DNA from: the human T2T-CHM13v2.0 reference genome, Homo sapiens
Assembly (NCBI RefSeq): GCF_009914755.1
Contig: NC_060930.1
DNA length: 64,000 nucleotides
Reading direction: 5' to 3' (one strand)
Position numbers and translations under genes: made by a program. Shown one piece after another: positions 1 to 11,904 of this stretch. Below the pieces are notes generated by a model. It saw only the letters and a program-made list of their open reading frames with translations. It searched no databases and was not told the DNA's origin. The stretch's first letter is position 1; the number at the start of each line of letters is the position of its first letter.

Positions 1-858
1 CCATGTTTACGTCCATGTGTGCTCAACGTTTAGCTCCCACGTATAAGTGAGAACATGCGATATTTGATTTTCTGTTCCCGCATTAATTCACTTAGGATTA
101 TTCCCTCCATGTGCATCCATGTTGCTGAAGAGGATACATTTTTATTTTTATTCTTTTTTATGGCTGCATAGTATTCCACAATGTATATGTACCACATTTT
201 CTATATCTGATCCATTATTTATGGGAACCTAAGTTGATTCCATGTCTTTGCTATAGTGAATAGCATAGCAATAAACATACAAGTGCATATGTCTTTTTTG
301 TATAATGGTCTATTTTCCTTTGAATATATACACCCAGTAATGGGGTAGCTGGGTCAAATGGTAGCTCTGTTTTAAGTTCTTTGAGCAATCTCCAAACTGC
401 TTTCCACAGTAGCTGAACTAATTTGCATTCTTACCAACAGTGTATAAGCATTTGCTTTTCTTTGCAACCTCACCAGCATTTGTTTTCTTTTTTTTTTTTT
501 TTGACATTTTAATAATAGCCATTCTGACTGGTACAAGATGATATCTCATTGTGGTTTTAATTTTCATTTATCTGATGATTAGTGATGTTGAGCATTTTTT
601 CATATATTTGTAGCCTGCCTGTATGTCTTCTTTTGAAAAGTATGTCTGTTCATGTCCTTTGCCTATTTTTTTAATGGCGTAATTTGTTTTTTACTTGTTG
701 ATTTGTTTAAGTTCCTTATAGATTCTGGATATTAGATCTTTGATGGATGCATAGTGTGTGAATATTTCCTCTCATTCTGTAGGTTGTCTGTTGATGGATA
801 GTTTCTTTTGCTGTGCAGAAGCTCTCTAGCTTAGTTAGGTCCCACTTGTGAATTTTTG
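1..858 (-). mobile_element. LINE-1 3' portion (L1PB/old L1PA-like), 5'-truncated, runs off the window start
   Basis: Typical antisense L1 3' text: tagctcccacgtataagtgagaacatgcg, atggctgcatagtattcca, ctccaaactgctttccacagt, tttgctgtgcagaagctct. Confidence 0.93.
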
Positions 859-879
859 AACATCATGCTTTTGATAGGA

Positions 880-1045
880 TAGAAACAATCTCCTGAAGAC
901 TAGAGAAAGGAGGTTGGAGACATTTGGAAATATTGTATGAAAAAAGATGAACTAAATATGGTCATTTAGCATTAGGAAAAGAAGAATTAGAGAAGCGTGT
1001 CTTCTACAGCTTAAAGATCTGACCTGTGGGAGAGAAATCAGACAT
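880..1045 (+). mobile_element. CR1/L3 fragment (ancient)
   Basis: catttagcattaggaaaagaagaattagagaag...gtcttc...ctgtgggagagaaatcaga resembles the L3 3' consensus; highly diverged. Confidence 0.45.
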
Positions 1046-2404
1046 GCCAGAATCATCTTTAAAGTCATTCATGTCTATATGCCCAGGGTCTAATCCAATG
1101 CTTTACATATAGTATGAGCTCCATAAATGTCTGTTGGATGAACGAACGATTAATGACACTACATATTTATCTCATTTAGCTGAGAGAGGACAGCTACTTT
1201 TTTCATTTTCCTGTGTCTATCCATCTTTTTTATCTGTCTCATATTTGAAGCCATTCTGTGGATGGTGAAGTCATATGCAAGCCAAATTTTCTGTCCTACG
1301 CAGAATCTCCACGTAATCATAATTCTGTACGTGCAAACTATGAAGATAATGATATTGAAGCCTCTTCGTAAATATAGCCCCTAGTTTCTCAGTCCCTTTC
1401 ATATGAACTGTCCTTGTGTTCATTATCTATAGCAGTGACAAACATCTGTGGTAGTATTTGCTTCAGTCTCTTGTCCTGGCTGTTTTTTTTCCCCCTCTGT
1501 ATTCTATTTGGGTTATCTCATACTTTAATCTGCTTAAATCTTCTTAATATATCAGTCAGATTTATGATAGAAAGGGATAAGTCTACTGACTTCTGTTATC
1601 CCCTGCTCCAAGATTTTCCCTTTATCCCAATTACTTTATTCTTTTTAAAGAACATATGTCAGGTTGTAAATTAGATGAAATTAGATAATGAAAACTATAT
1701 AAAGAGCTTCTTTGTGTTTGAGCGTTTGGGGGTCCTCTTATCTAGTCCAGTGGGATAACTAGTTTTTTGAATTTTCTTTTTACAGATATGACTGTCTTGA
1801 GCACATACGTGCTTGCTTGCTGTGGACTTGGGAGAGAGCTGGCTTCTCTTGGGCATGCTTCATATTCTGCTTTGATGGCCCTTCCTCTCAAAAGCTTGTC
1901 CCGTTGTGACTTTCTCCATGAGCTTAGCAGCATCTCTGGAGGGCTCCTCAGCACTGCCTCTTGTTGCATCAAGGTTTGCATCCCATTGTTGTGTAATGTC
2001 TTTTTACTTGTCTGCACATCTACCAAACAGCAAAAGTTATATTCTTAGGTTTAATTCTGTGCCTCCTATATAATAGGCACTCATTCACTACATGATGAGT
2101 GTTTCTTTAGAGTTTATCAAAAGGTACCTTTGGCTGTATGAAAGTGTTATTATCCTATTTGTAATATTATTTCTCATTTTTTTTATGTCTTATCATAGTT
2201 GGACTCCAAATTATAACCAGTCATATCCCTAAATTATCATGTATGTTTTGCAAATGGTTTCACAATTCTTTGTATTTTTAAGGAGTTGACCCACTCAAAA
2301 TATTTCAATTTTTTTTTAAGGAATTGATCCACTCAAAATAGTTCAAAAACAATTTTCTTAAAGAAAACTAGACTTGGAAATGTCCCCTGTCCCTTTTAAT
2401 AGCT

Positions 2405-2510
2405 ATGTTTAGATGTGATGTGTGACCTGGGACAAATTAGCGAACCTCTGTGGACCTCAGTCTCCTTACCTGAAAAAGAAGAAAGGACTGGATCATCTCT
2501 AAGGAATTTT
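2405..2510 (+). mobile_element. MIR fragment
   Basis: MIR core gtgtgacctgggacaaattagcgaacctctgtggacctcagtctcctt. Confidence 0.7.
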
Positions 2511-5407
2511 CAAAAGAAAACATTAATTCTGTGATGGAGAAAAGTCTCAAGTAAAACCTTTGTATTTCCTCGCCCTCTCCTTTCCACTCCCTGCAAAGAC
2601 ACCCTGATCCTTTCTCCTTTTCTTTGGGCCTGATTGTCTCTTCTTGTTTATAGCTGCCACTAATTTGCTCGTTTGCTTGCTGGAAAATAGCTAATTAAAA
2701 CCCACTTCAGCTAACAAGCTGACTGGGACCATGCAAATGTCACTCTCTGCTGTCTGCTATTTCCTTTTATACTTTACATTATTAGTGTTGTTTTTCCTCT
2801 CTCTGTTATAATGAATGCAAGGATAGATTTAGCGCCCTCTTCACAGGTGTGCACTGGTACAACAGCCTCCATCCCAGGGAAGTGTGGCTGCTTTACTGCA
2901 CTTCAGCACTTTGAGTGTTATTACCCCTGACAGTTAATGGTTTCAGACTACATTGCTTGTTAGCTAGATTTTTGAACAGCTTCATCTATCTTTTTGTTTT
3001 TACAGTGACTGGCCACATTAAGTGTATGTGTCTGAGCTATTAGTCCCGTCTGTTCATCGCATGCATTTCATTTGGTTTAGGGTTCTTTTCTTCTCTCTAA
3101 AATTAGTACGTATTGTCATCCATATACTTCAACACATCGACTTTTGTTATAAGTACGCTGTCATCATTGTGCTTCCACACATTTGCTAATTTATTGTCGC
3201 TAAATTAGACCTAATATTAGCAATTTTGCAGCTGTTCCTTTAGAACATACATGGCCATATATTTGTATGCTAGTTGGTAATTATATTTCTCAGCAAAAGA
3301 ATGGACCACATTTTCAGGAGGGAAAGAATGGGAAAATGGGAAAAAGGAGATTACATCAAAACAAACTCACCTGAGAGTGGAAAAGAGAGCAAGGAAATGG
3401 AGAGAAAAATGCATTACAGAAAAGAGTTAAGGGCAGATTCCAGAGTAAATTAACAGCAGCAAATGCTTATGCAGGGTTGCACAATTCAAAGAGCTTGTGT
3501 AGTAGGTCTGACACTGGCAAAGAAGAAAGCATCTCTGGGCAGAGACTTTCTCTACTATATTCTGTTACTGTGAATGTACTACCACAAAAAGTTGATGGTA
3601 GGCTCTTAAGTGAACTGCAAAGGAAAGGAGAGGAGTACAGGCTGTATGGATACTTCCACGAAAATGTGGTATACAGTCTATTGACGTACAAAGCTTAAGT
3701 GCTTTGGTTTGAATATGTGCCCGAATGGGAGAATGTGAGGATAAGAAAATGAGAATTTTTTAGATTTTTATTTTGTTTAGAATGATGCAGTTTCCTGCTT
3801 TGTTTACATCTGGAGATGACATTTGAAGGAATATGAAAAAGCTGTTTTCAATATGTGCCTAGTATGTTGTATGTGTATGTGTGAGTAGGTGTGAATATTT
3901 TGTATTTTAGTTTGGTTATGAGACTTTAACATAATACAAGCACCTAAAATTATGCAATGCCAGTTTTGATATAATGTATGACACAAGGTGAATGATCAAC
4001 AAGACAGATTCTCCTAGGACAATACGCTGCCTTGTATGAGTGGTTGAGTATTTTGTAAAGCCACCTGGGTACTGTTTAATATATTGAGTTGGAAATTCAT
4101 CTAAGGAGACCCTCATGGTCTAAAAGAATTAATGAGAATTCTCAGAGTACATGGATCTATTCCTAGAAGGTAACTTACTAGAAGAACCTAGCTCAGTAAG
4201 TATTGGTTGTTATGGATACTGTTCTGTTGTAATGGGTCTAAAACATTGTGTACAGTGATTTGAAACAAAATAAAACAAAACTTATAATGGTATTCATGAC
4301 TTGACCTTGAGAGTATATCTTAGGCATGTTCTGTTTTCTTGGGAGTAATACCCTGCATGGTATATTAGAGGTTTGGTTGTACCAACCCTCTTAGATATAT
4401 ATATTTTCATTCTCTTTGGGTCATAAGAGATAGATTTTCATCACTGACTATCCACCAATCTGACTGCCCTCTTCTGCTTCTTCCTCAATAGAGCTGAATA
4501 TCTCATTTCTCTTTTCTTCAACTAATGAAATCCTATTCTTCAGCTCTTAGAAAGCAAAGCAAGTCAAAATGGCTAAAATATATTGCAGCATACTCCTCCC
4601 TGAAATCTTATATTTTTATAGGAAACTCCCTTAAACTTAAAAAAACTTTGATGTTTTGCTAGTGGAAATAGAGGAGAATCAATTGGTGGGGAAGCAAAAA
4701 TTTGGGGAGAGCTCATGAAAGCAATGCACAAACTTAACTTTTTTCCTTTAAAAGGGTAATAGTCTTACTGGAACTTGCAAGAGTAAACATATCCTTAGCC
4801 GCACAGACCATGGGGGAAGATCTCAATTGAGATGTAAGACAATGTTGATTTAATACCTAAGAGGTTGAGAGTCAAAGAGATAGCAAACATCCAACAGCAT
4901 CAATAGAAAATGAAAAATAAAAACAAAAAACAAAAAACAAAAACAACAACCAAAAACCCAAAACACACCAACAGTGCATAAGGCCCTCTGCATGCCTTGG
5001 TATTGTCCCTCTCAACTTGCCTTGGGTTGAAGCACCACTGCGAGATGTTCTTTGCATGAGTAGCTTCTTGCGTACAAAGTTCAAGTAGAATTAAAATGAT
5101 AGGAGATGGCCATTCTCCTGATAATCCTCTACAGAGTCTAGGCCCTTGTCTCACAGGAATCCACTACCTCAGCTTAGCTTTGTCCATCAGGGGCAGTTGG
5201 TATTGAGCACTGACTCTATCACCTGTATCAAGAATCTAAAACAAAATAAAATTTTCCTTCCTCACCCTGCCCCCACACAGTTCACCTACTCAGGTTCATA
5301 GAAACAGGAGGATATTCTCAGTTGGTTTTTTTGCCCTAATCTATTTGGCTCCAGGTCAAGCTGCTTACCCAGATAACATGGCAAGAGAAAGTGATTGATG
5401 AAGGCAG

Positions 5408-5833
5408 CATCTGAGTCCATTTTGTGTGGCTATATAGGAATACCTGAGGCTGCATAATTTATAGAGAAAAAGTTTATTTGGCTCTTGTTTCTGATGGCTG
5501 GACAGTTCATGATTAGGCATCTGCATCTGGTTAGGGCCCCAGGCTGCTTCCACTCAAGGTAGACGGTAAAGGGGAGCTGGATTATTCAGGGATCGCATGG
5601 TGAGAGAGTGAGCAGGACAGAGGAGGGAGGTGCCAGGCTGTTTTTAGCAATGAGCTCTCCTGGGAACTAATAGGGTGAAAATGCACTTACCCGCAAGGGA
5701 GGGCATTAATCTATTCATGAGGGATCCACCCCCAGGGTACAAAAGTTCTCACACTAGGCCCACTTCCCACATTGGGATCAAATTTCAACATGAGATTTGC
5801 TGAAGGCAAACAAACCATATCCAAACTCTAGCA
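5408..5833 (-). mobile_element. MaLR solo LTR (MSTB-like)
   Basis: agtccattttgtgtggctatataggaatacctgaggctg ... attaatctattcatgagggatccaccc ... aaatttcaacatgagattt ... ccaaactctagca. Confidence 0.85.
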
Positions 5834-5960
5834 AGCAGATAGTAGACTTCGAGATCTGGCAAATTTGGAGTCTAAGCCCCATGAAGGAGCCTACATTCTC
5901 AATCAATCAGACAGAGACAGCGGGAAAAAAAGAAGTCATCCATCAGAGTTTCACTGAAAC

Positions 5961-5987
5961 TCCTTCCTTCCCTCCTTCCTTCTCTCC

Positions 5988-6051
<64 letters not shown>

Positions 6052-6418
6052 TTTCTTTCTTTCCTTCCTTCCTTCTTTCATTCTTTTTCTTTCTCATTCT
6101 TCTTTCTTTCTCTCTTTCTTCCTTCTTTCTTCCCTCCCTCCCTTCCTTCCTTCCTTCTTTCCTTCCTTCCTTCTCTCTCTCTTTCTTTTCCTTCCTTCCT
6201 TCCTTCTTTCTTTCTTTCTTTCTTCCTTCCTTCCTTCCTTCCTTCCTTCCTTCCTTCCTTTCTTTCTTTCTTTCTTTCTTTCTTTCCTTCTTTCCTTCTT
6301 TCTTTCTCTTTCTTTTTCTTTCTTTTCTTGTTCTTTCCTTCCCCTCCCTTCCTTCCCTCCCTCTCTCCCTTCCCTTCCATTCCCTTCCTTCCTTCTCTTT
6401 CTTCCTTTTCTTTCTTTC
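5961..6418. repeat. ~460-bp polypyrimidine/polypurine tract ((TTTC)n,(CCTT)n), expanded from the tail of the adjacent Alu
   Basis: Nearly pure C/T on +; abuts the 3' end of a minus-strand Alu; tgaaac occurs on both sides of tract+Alu (possible TSD). Confidence 0.95.
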
Positions 6419-6683
6419 CACAGGGCCTTGCCCTGTTACACCACAACTGGAGTGCAATGGTTCTATCATAGCTTACTGCAGCCTTGAACTCCTGGGCTCA
6501 AGGGATCTTCCCACCTCAGCTTCCCAAATTGCACTACCATGCCTGGCTAATTTATTTTTATTTTGTAGATGTAAAGTCTCACCATGTTGCTCAGACTGGT
6601 TTTGAACTCCTGGCCTAAAGCAATTCTCCCTCCTTGGCCTTCCAAAGTGTTGGGATTACAGGTGTGCACCATCTCACCTGGCC
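6419..6683 (-). mobile_element. AluJ-like element
   Basis: ctggagtgcaatgg...ttgaactcctgggctcaag...caaagtgttgggattacaggtgtg...cctggcc. Confidence 0.92.
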
Positions 6684-7165
6684 TGAAACCCATTTCCGTT
6701 TGACTCTATGACTGTGCTGCTTCTTTATCCGAGGTTGTGTGGCATGGTGTATTGTGTGGTGACCAGAGCCACTTTAACAATTTCTTTCAGATGATATGGC
6801 TCTAGTTTTTGGTTTGGTTCCCTACTATGCTAACTTTGCCAATTTTGGTTTGCTTTTATGTTTATTGATAGGTTCATTACTGGGTTTAAATTCTATTTAA
6901 CTCTGGGTAGAATTAATCCATCTAATATTTATTCAGCAACCACTAAATGCCTGGCCTTTGTAACTCATATGCAATTATGACATACCAACAGAAAATCAAT
7001 GTTTGAAGTGCTCAATATTTTATTGGCTTCATTCACAACTTTTAATTTTTCTGCCTTCACATTATTTAAATGGGCAAATACACTCATCAGGAACCTTAAT
7101 CATAGTATGTACTGTTTTTCCATAAAGAATAGAAGTGGAGAGTGGGGCAAAGTATTTCACCCTAG

Positions 7166-7273
7166 TGTGATTCAGAATCTTCTTGGGCTCAAGAGAATGA
7201 CATGTGATTCAGAATCTTCTTGGGCTCAAGAGAATGACATGTGATTCAGAATCTTCTTGGGCTCAAGAGAATG
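7166..7273. repeat. Perfect 37-bp tandem repeat, ~2.9 copies
   Basis: Unit tgtgattcagaatcttcttgggctcaagagaatgaca at 7166, 7203 and 7240 (partial). Confidence 0.97.
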
Positions 7274-7843
7274 CCACTGCCTCTACCTCCAATTCTTAAC
7301 ATCATGCCAGAGATTTTGATTCATCTTTCTACAGCTTACAATAGGTATGTCCTTTCTTTTCATTTTGATAATCATAGCACTCTAAGATGGCCACAAATAA
7401 ATATGGACATCAGTAAGATTAGCATGTTTGTTATTTTAACAACGAGCAAACAAACAAAGCAAAACAAAATATTACCTTGCATAGTCACCAGGCATGAGGA
7501 AAGCAATGTAATTGAATGGATCACTCAATGAGTGAGTTTTAAACTGAGATGAAGCGTAGAAAATAAGACAATTGGAGTCCTTGTAGCTGTTGCAGTAAGG
7601 ACTCTTTGAAGCCCAGGGGGACATGGATGCTTAGAAGCTGGGCAGATGAGCTGAAACAGGAAGGAAAACATTTTTGAAAGCTTATAGGACCAAGTAGATT
7701 AGGCCTCATCTTTAGCTATAAGTCATCTCTATCTTCAGTAGAGTGTTTTGTGGGAACCTAGCTCCTGAAATTCTACATTTGGCCCCTTGGGCCTATTGTC
7801 CCAAGTATTGTCTCTCACTGTTTGTGTGTGTGTTTGTGCTTGC

Positions 7844-7845
<2 letters not shown>

Positions 7846-7889
<44 letters not shown>
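7846..7889. repeat. (GA)~22 microsatellite
   Basis: Direct read. Confidence 0.97.
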
Positions 7890-7892
<3 letters not shown>

Positions 7893-10169
7893 GTGTCTAA
7901 AACTGTGCATATGCATATGTAGAGAGGCTCAAGATTAGCTAAGAACTTTCTCACAGAGATCAACATGCAGAAATTAAGATGCAAGCTCACATAAGACCCC
8001 CAAACTCAGGACTAGTCAAAGGCTAAAAGCTATTTGATCTTTAGATTTTCAGATATCTTCCACAATGTCTTAGGTTATAAGGCAAAACTTCAATACTCAC
8101 ATTCACTGTAAGATGTTACCATAAACAGTGCTTCTCAGACTTTTCTACTGAAGTAATCTTGAAGAATTCTCAATGGCAGAGAAAAGGGAGCAAAGAATGG
8201 GAGCTGGTTGCAGTCAGATACCAGCTGCTACAGAGATAAAATATATTTTTGGAGACTAATATTTTATCTTAACAATTAATGTGAATTTTTCGTTCTATTT
8301 AACAATTTATTCATGCTTCTTGTAATTTTAAATGTTTTCACCCCAGATCTTTGACTACAGGAATAAGTTCCATATTTTGATGTTCTAATGATTAAGAAAT
8401 GACTTATCTCAAAGAATAGCTGCATATGCAGACTGGTATCCCATTTTGAGAAGGGCCACCTCAATTTATTATTGGTTTCTAAAAGGAAGTCATGGGAAAA
8501 AACTAAGAATGAAGAAAGGTGAATTTGAAATTTTCTTAAAGGCCATTGATGTGATTATCTTGGGAAAAGACAATATGAGAGCTATGAACTCATTTAGGCC
8601 TCAGAATGTACTCTGTAATGGAGATAGCTTTCTATGGGTGTGCAAGATTTGATTATAAGAGTGTTTTCTTCTCTCCTGCCTCACTCTTTCAACTAGCCAC
8701 TTGGGAAGATAAATCAATGAGAGGTAGACCCTGGTTTTGATGGAGAAGAGCAAGGGGAGGGAACCTGTAGAATCTGAGCCTTAGCTGTGAGGTCTGCCTA
8801 ACACACTGGCATCTTCTTCCTTCTCAGATGAGGCTCTGACAATGGTCTTCAATTCTTCCCAGACAATAGACTTGGTAGAGGCTCATCTCCTTTGAGGGCC
8901 TCCTGGTCCATGAACTTCTGCTGTCTTGGGACCTTGGGTGTGAGGCTTGACATGGAGGTGAGAGGTCACAAAGGGTTGGTGTCCCATTCTTCTTTGTCCA
9001 TGATCTCAATAATTTGCCTCTTTTCACTTTATAAAAATGCCTACTGCTAGGAAGGCTCAATTTGATTGGTCCATGTGCAAGGGTTAGGCTTGTTCCCTAT
9101 TTTGAATTCCCCTAAGTTGTAAATTGAGACCAACTGAAACAAACAAAATCTAACATTTATTGGATCTCATGTGTGTAAGACCCTCTGCCAGCCACTTTCA
9201 GAGCCTAACACAAAATAATATCAAGTGGCTACTTTTGAGGTACAACCTTCTCCAGAATGTATAATGAACTGAAGCCAATTTACTAATCAGACTGACCATG
9301 CTTATTCATTCAGGAACATCAGGAACGTGGGAAATTTTCAAAAATACACTCTGTATGAGCTAGTACTGGCTAGCTCCTGAACATTGTGACTCAATGTCAC
9401 AATACTGGCTAGCTAATCTTAACATCCTTTTGTAAGCTGAAAAACATTGTAAATATATTTTCTTAACATGCATGGAGATAATGCAAGTTTTCTTATAGTG
9501 CCAGTTCTAAAACCTAATTCCATAGAGTAAGGACTCTGGAAGCAAAGCAGACATCAGTTAAAATATCTCTTCAAAAAGGAATAGCGGGGAAAGCCATCAG
9601 ACTATCTCCTTGCTTGGACATAGTGTGTGTGCTTCGGACTCTATTTCTTTTTTAGGATTAAAAAAGAAATCTAAGTGAGATTGGTTCGCAATTTTCTTTT
9701 CTCATACTGACTACATCATATCTTGTTATCAAGATAATACTGGGCTCATAGTCACTTGGATAGCTGGTATAGGAATTATCTGTTCCTATAGGTGTTATGA
9801 AACTGTTCTATTAAGTCATTTGCATCTGCTGGTTTTTTTTGGTGGGGGCATATGATGAAGGTTTTTCCTACGAATTCAATTTATTTAAAGGCTATTGTTT
9901 TATTTATATTTACTATTTCTTTTTGAATCAAGTTTTGCAATTAATATTTTTACTAGAAATTTATCTACTTCATCTAAATTATCCTCCCTAATTCATCTAG
10001 AATTAGATGCATCCACTTCATCTAATTCACACTTATATATGAAATTGCTTATAATATTTTTTAAAACATCTGCAATGTGAGTAGTGAAATTTCCTAATAT
10101 ATTCATTTGTACTTTTCCCCACTTCTCCTCTTTTTGTTGGTCATTCTAGACACATATTTGAGTATAAAT

Positions 10170-11290
10170 GTCAATGGGAATAGAGAAGTGGAGATTATTG
10201 AGGAGAAGAGCTGGTGGGACAAGTAGAGGTAGGAGCAGATGTCTATGGTTTTGATTTTAAGGTGAGAGAAATAGTAGTGATTTTACATGCTGATGGGAAC
10301 TATCCATTAAAGACAAAATGTGATGTGAAATTAAGATGGGGAAATTGCTGGAGTGTTGGCATTCCTGAGTGAGTGAGAGGGCACCAGGTAGGGGGGTGGG
10401 TTCTAGAGGGGAGCACAGTAATAAGCAGGAAGGTGGGAGGTGTGGCACAGACTGTGGAAGGTTGATAGATGTGGTGGGAGATGGCGAAATTTCCCTTGGT
10501 TGCTTCAATTTTCTGAGAGAAAGTCGAATCAGCTGCTGAGAGTAAGAACAGGGGATGAGGTATTGCAGGTGTGAACAAGAGAAGAAAGAGAAGAGTAAAC
10601 TGAAGACTGTGGTCTAGGGAAATGTACAACTTCTGGCTGAATTCAGGGCTCACTTGAGGTTCGTAAGTCCTGGCATCATGGTTCTGTGGTTCACTTCAAC
10701 TAAGTTAGGCCTATAATGAGAGGAGAGTTGGATTTAATCAGGATTGTGATTTGTCAAGCTAGCACTTTAAAATGTGAGAGGGGTTGAGTAACTCAGGGTG
10801 TATACAAGGGGGTTACTTCGTAATGGCTGACCATGAAATTTTAGTAGAGGGAAGAATGGGCACTGATAGAATTAATATATCAATATCCAAATGTGGTTTA
10901 AAATTATTGGAACTGGGTCTGTTACAGAGAATAAATGGAAAAGCTAGGAGCTTATGGTAAGAGAGTGGAAGCTATAATAAAGATTAAAGTCATTGCAACT
11001 ATTGCTAAGGACAAGATGAGGGTACAGTGGCAATGTGTGATGGAGGTAAGGTGGAGGACAAGATCAAGAGAAATACAAGGAATGGAGAGGTCTGAATACT
11101 GAAAAGGTGATGACTAGGAGTGGAGCTAGAGACTGAGAATGAGCTGGGAGTTATAGGAGCAATGTGGAGTGACCTGGAAGTCAGGGGCTGAAGGCAGCAA
11201 GATGGGAGAGTGGCTGGAATAGGGGTTTAGAAAACAGGAAAGATCTGAAAGTGGTGATGACAAAAAACTAGGTCAAATGTTTTAGTAGAT
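10170..11290 (-). mobile_element. LINE-2 fragment(s)
   Basis: Purine-rich antisense L2 text, e.g. ttgcttcaattttctgagagaaagtcgaatcagctgctgagagtaagaa. Confidence 0.65.
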
Positions 11291-11552
11291 TTGGGAGACA
11301 ATATAGCATTCTTGTGGGGTTCAGAAGAGATAAATTGTCTCCAGAAAGACTCTTTGTGACATGATGTGGATAGGAATATAAGAAGTCTCTTGTCTACTAA
11401 ATCAAGCATGTTTATCTGCTCTGCACATTCAACGAAGTTACAAATCCTTTTTCAAATATTTTGCAATAAGGAAAAGCAAGATGTGTTTTTCTAGCACTTT
11501 CCCCCGCAAACCACATTTTTCTGGGGGAGGCTATTTTTGGTTTGTTTCCACT

Positions 11553-11596
11553 GGACTCATCAAAATGTTTATGGGACTCATCAAAATGTTTATGGG
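11553..11596. repeat. 21-bp perfect tandem duplication
   Basis: ggactcatcaaaatgtttatg x2. Confidence 0.95.
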
Positions 11597-11904
11597 CAAA
11601 ATCTATTTGCTAAAAAAAATTCGTAGTTTTTTTTTCTTAAAAAGAATTAAAAACCTTTCCTCACACGCCTTGTGAATTAGAAGTAAAATTGGAAACTTTA
11701 GATATGAAGACTATGGCTTTGGATTTTTTTAAAGGAGACTAGAGGAATAAGATTGTAAATCCAGCATTTTTTTTCTTTTGGTTCCCAGGTAAAAGAACAA
11801 TTTTTTTCAAACATCAAAAAAAAAATGTGCTCTTTTCTACATACTTAAGATAAAAGTTCAGCTGAATCACCGGATCTGACTGCTAATTAATGAGGCCATA
11901 AATT

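Noticed and set aside
1742-2048. Overlapping 94/93-aa ORFs next to an acceptor-like ttttctttttacag
   Set aside because: No recognisable protein family or partner exons; a lncRNA exon cannot be excluded but is unsupported
5797-6471. 224-aa and 172-aa ORFs (F/L/S-rich; K/E/R-rich)
   Set aside because: Translations of a stop-free CT/GA simple repeat; not a gene
7166-7273. 37-bp hairpin-containing repeats resembling CRISPR repeats
   Set aside because: Head-to-tail with no spacers, no cas genes, primate DNA
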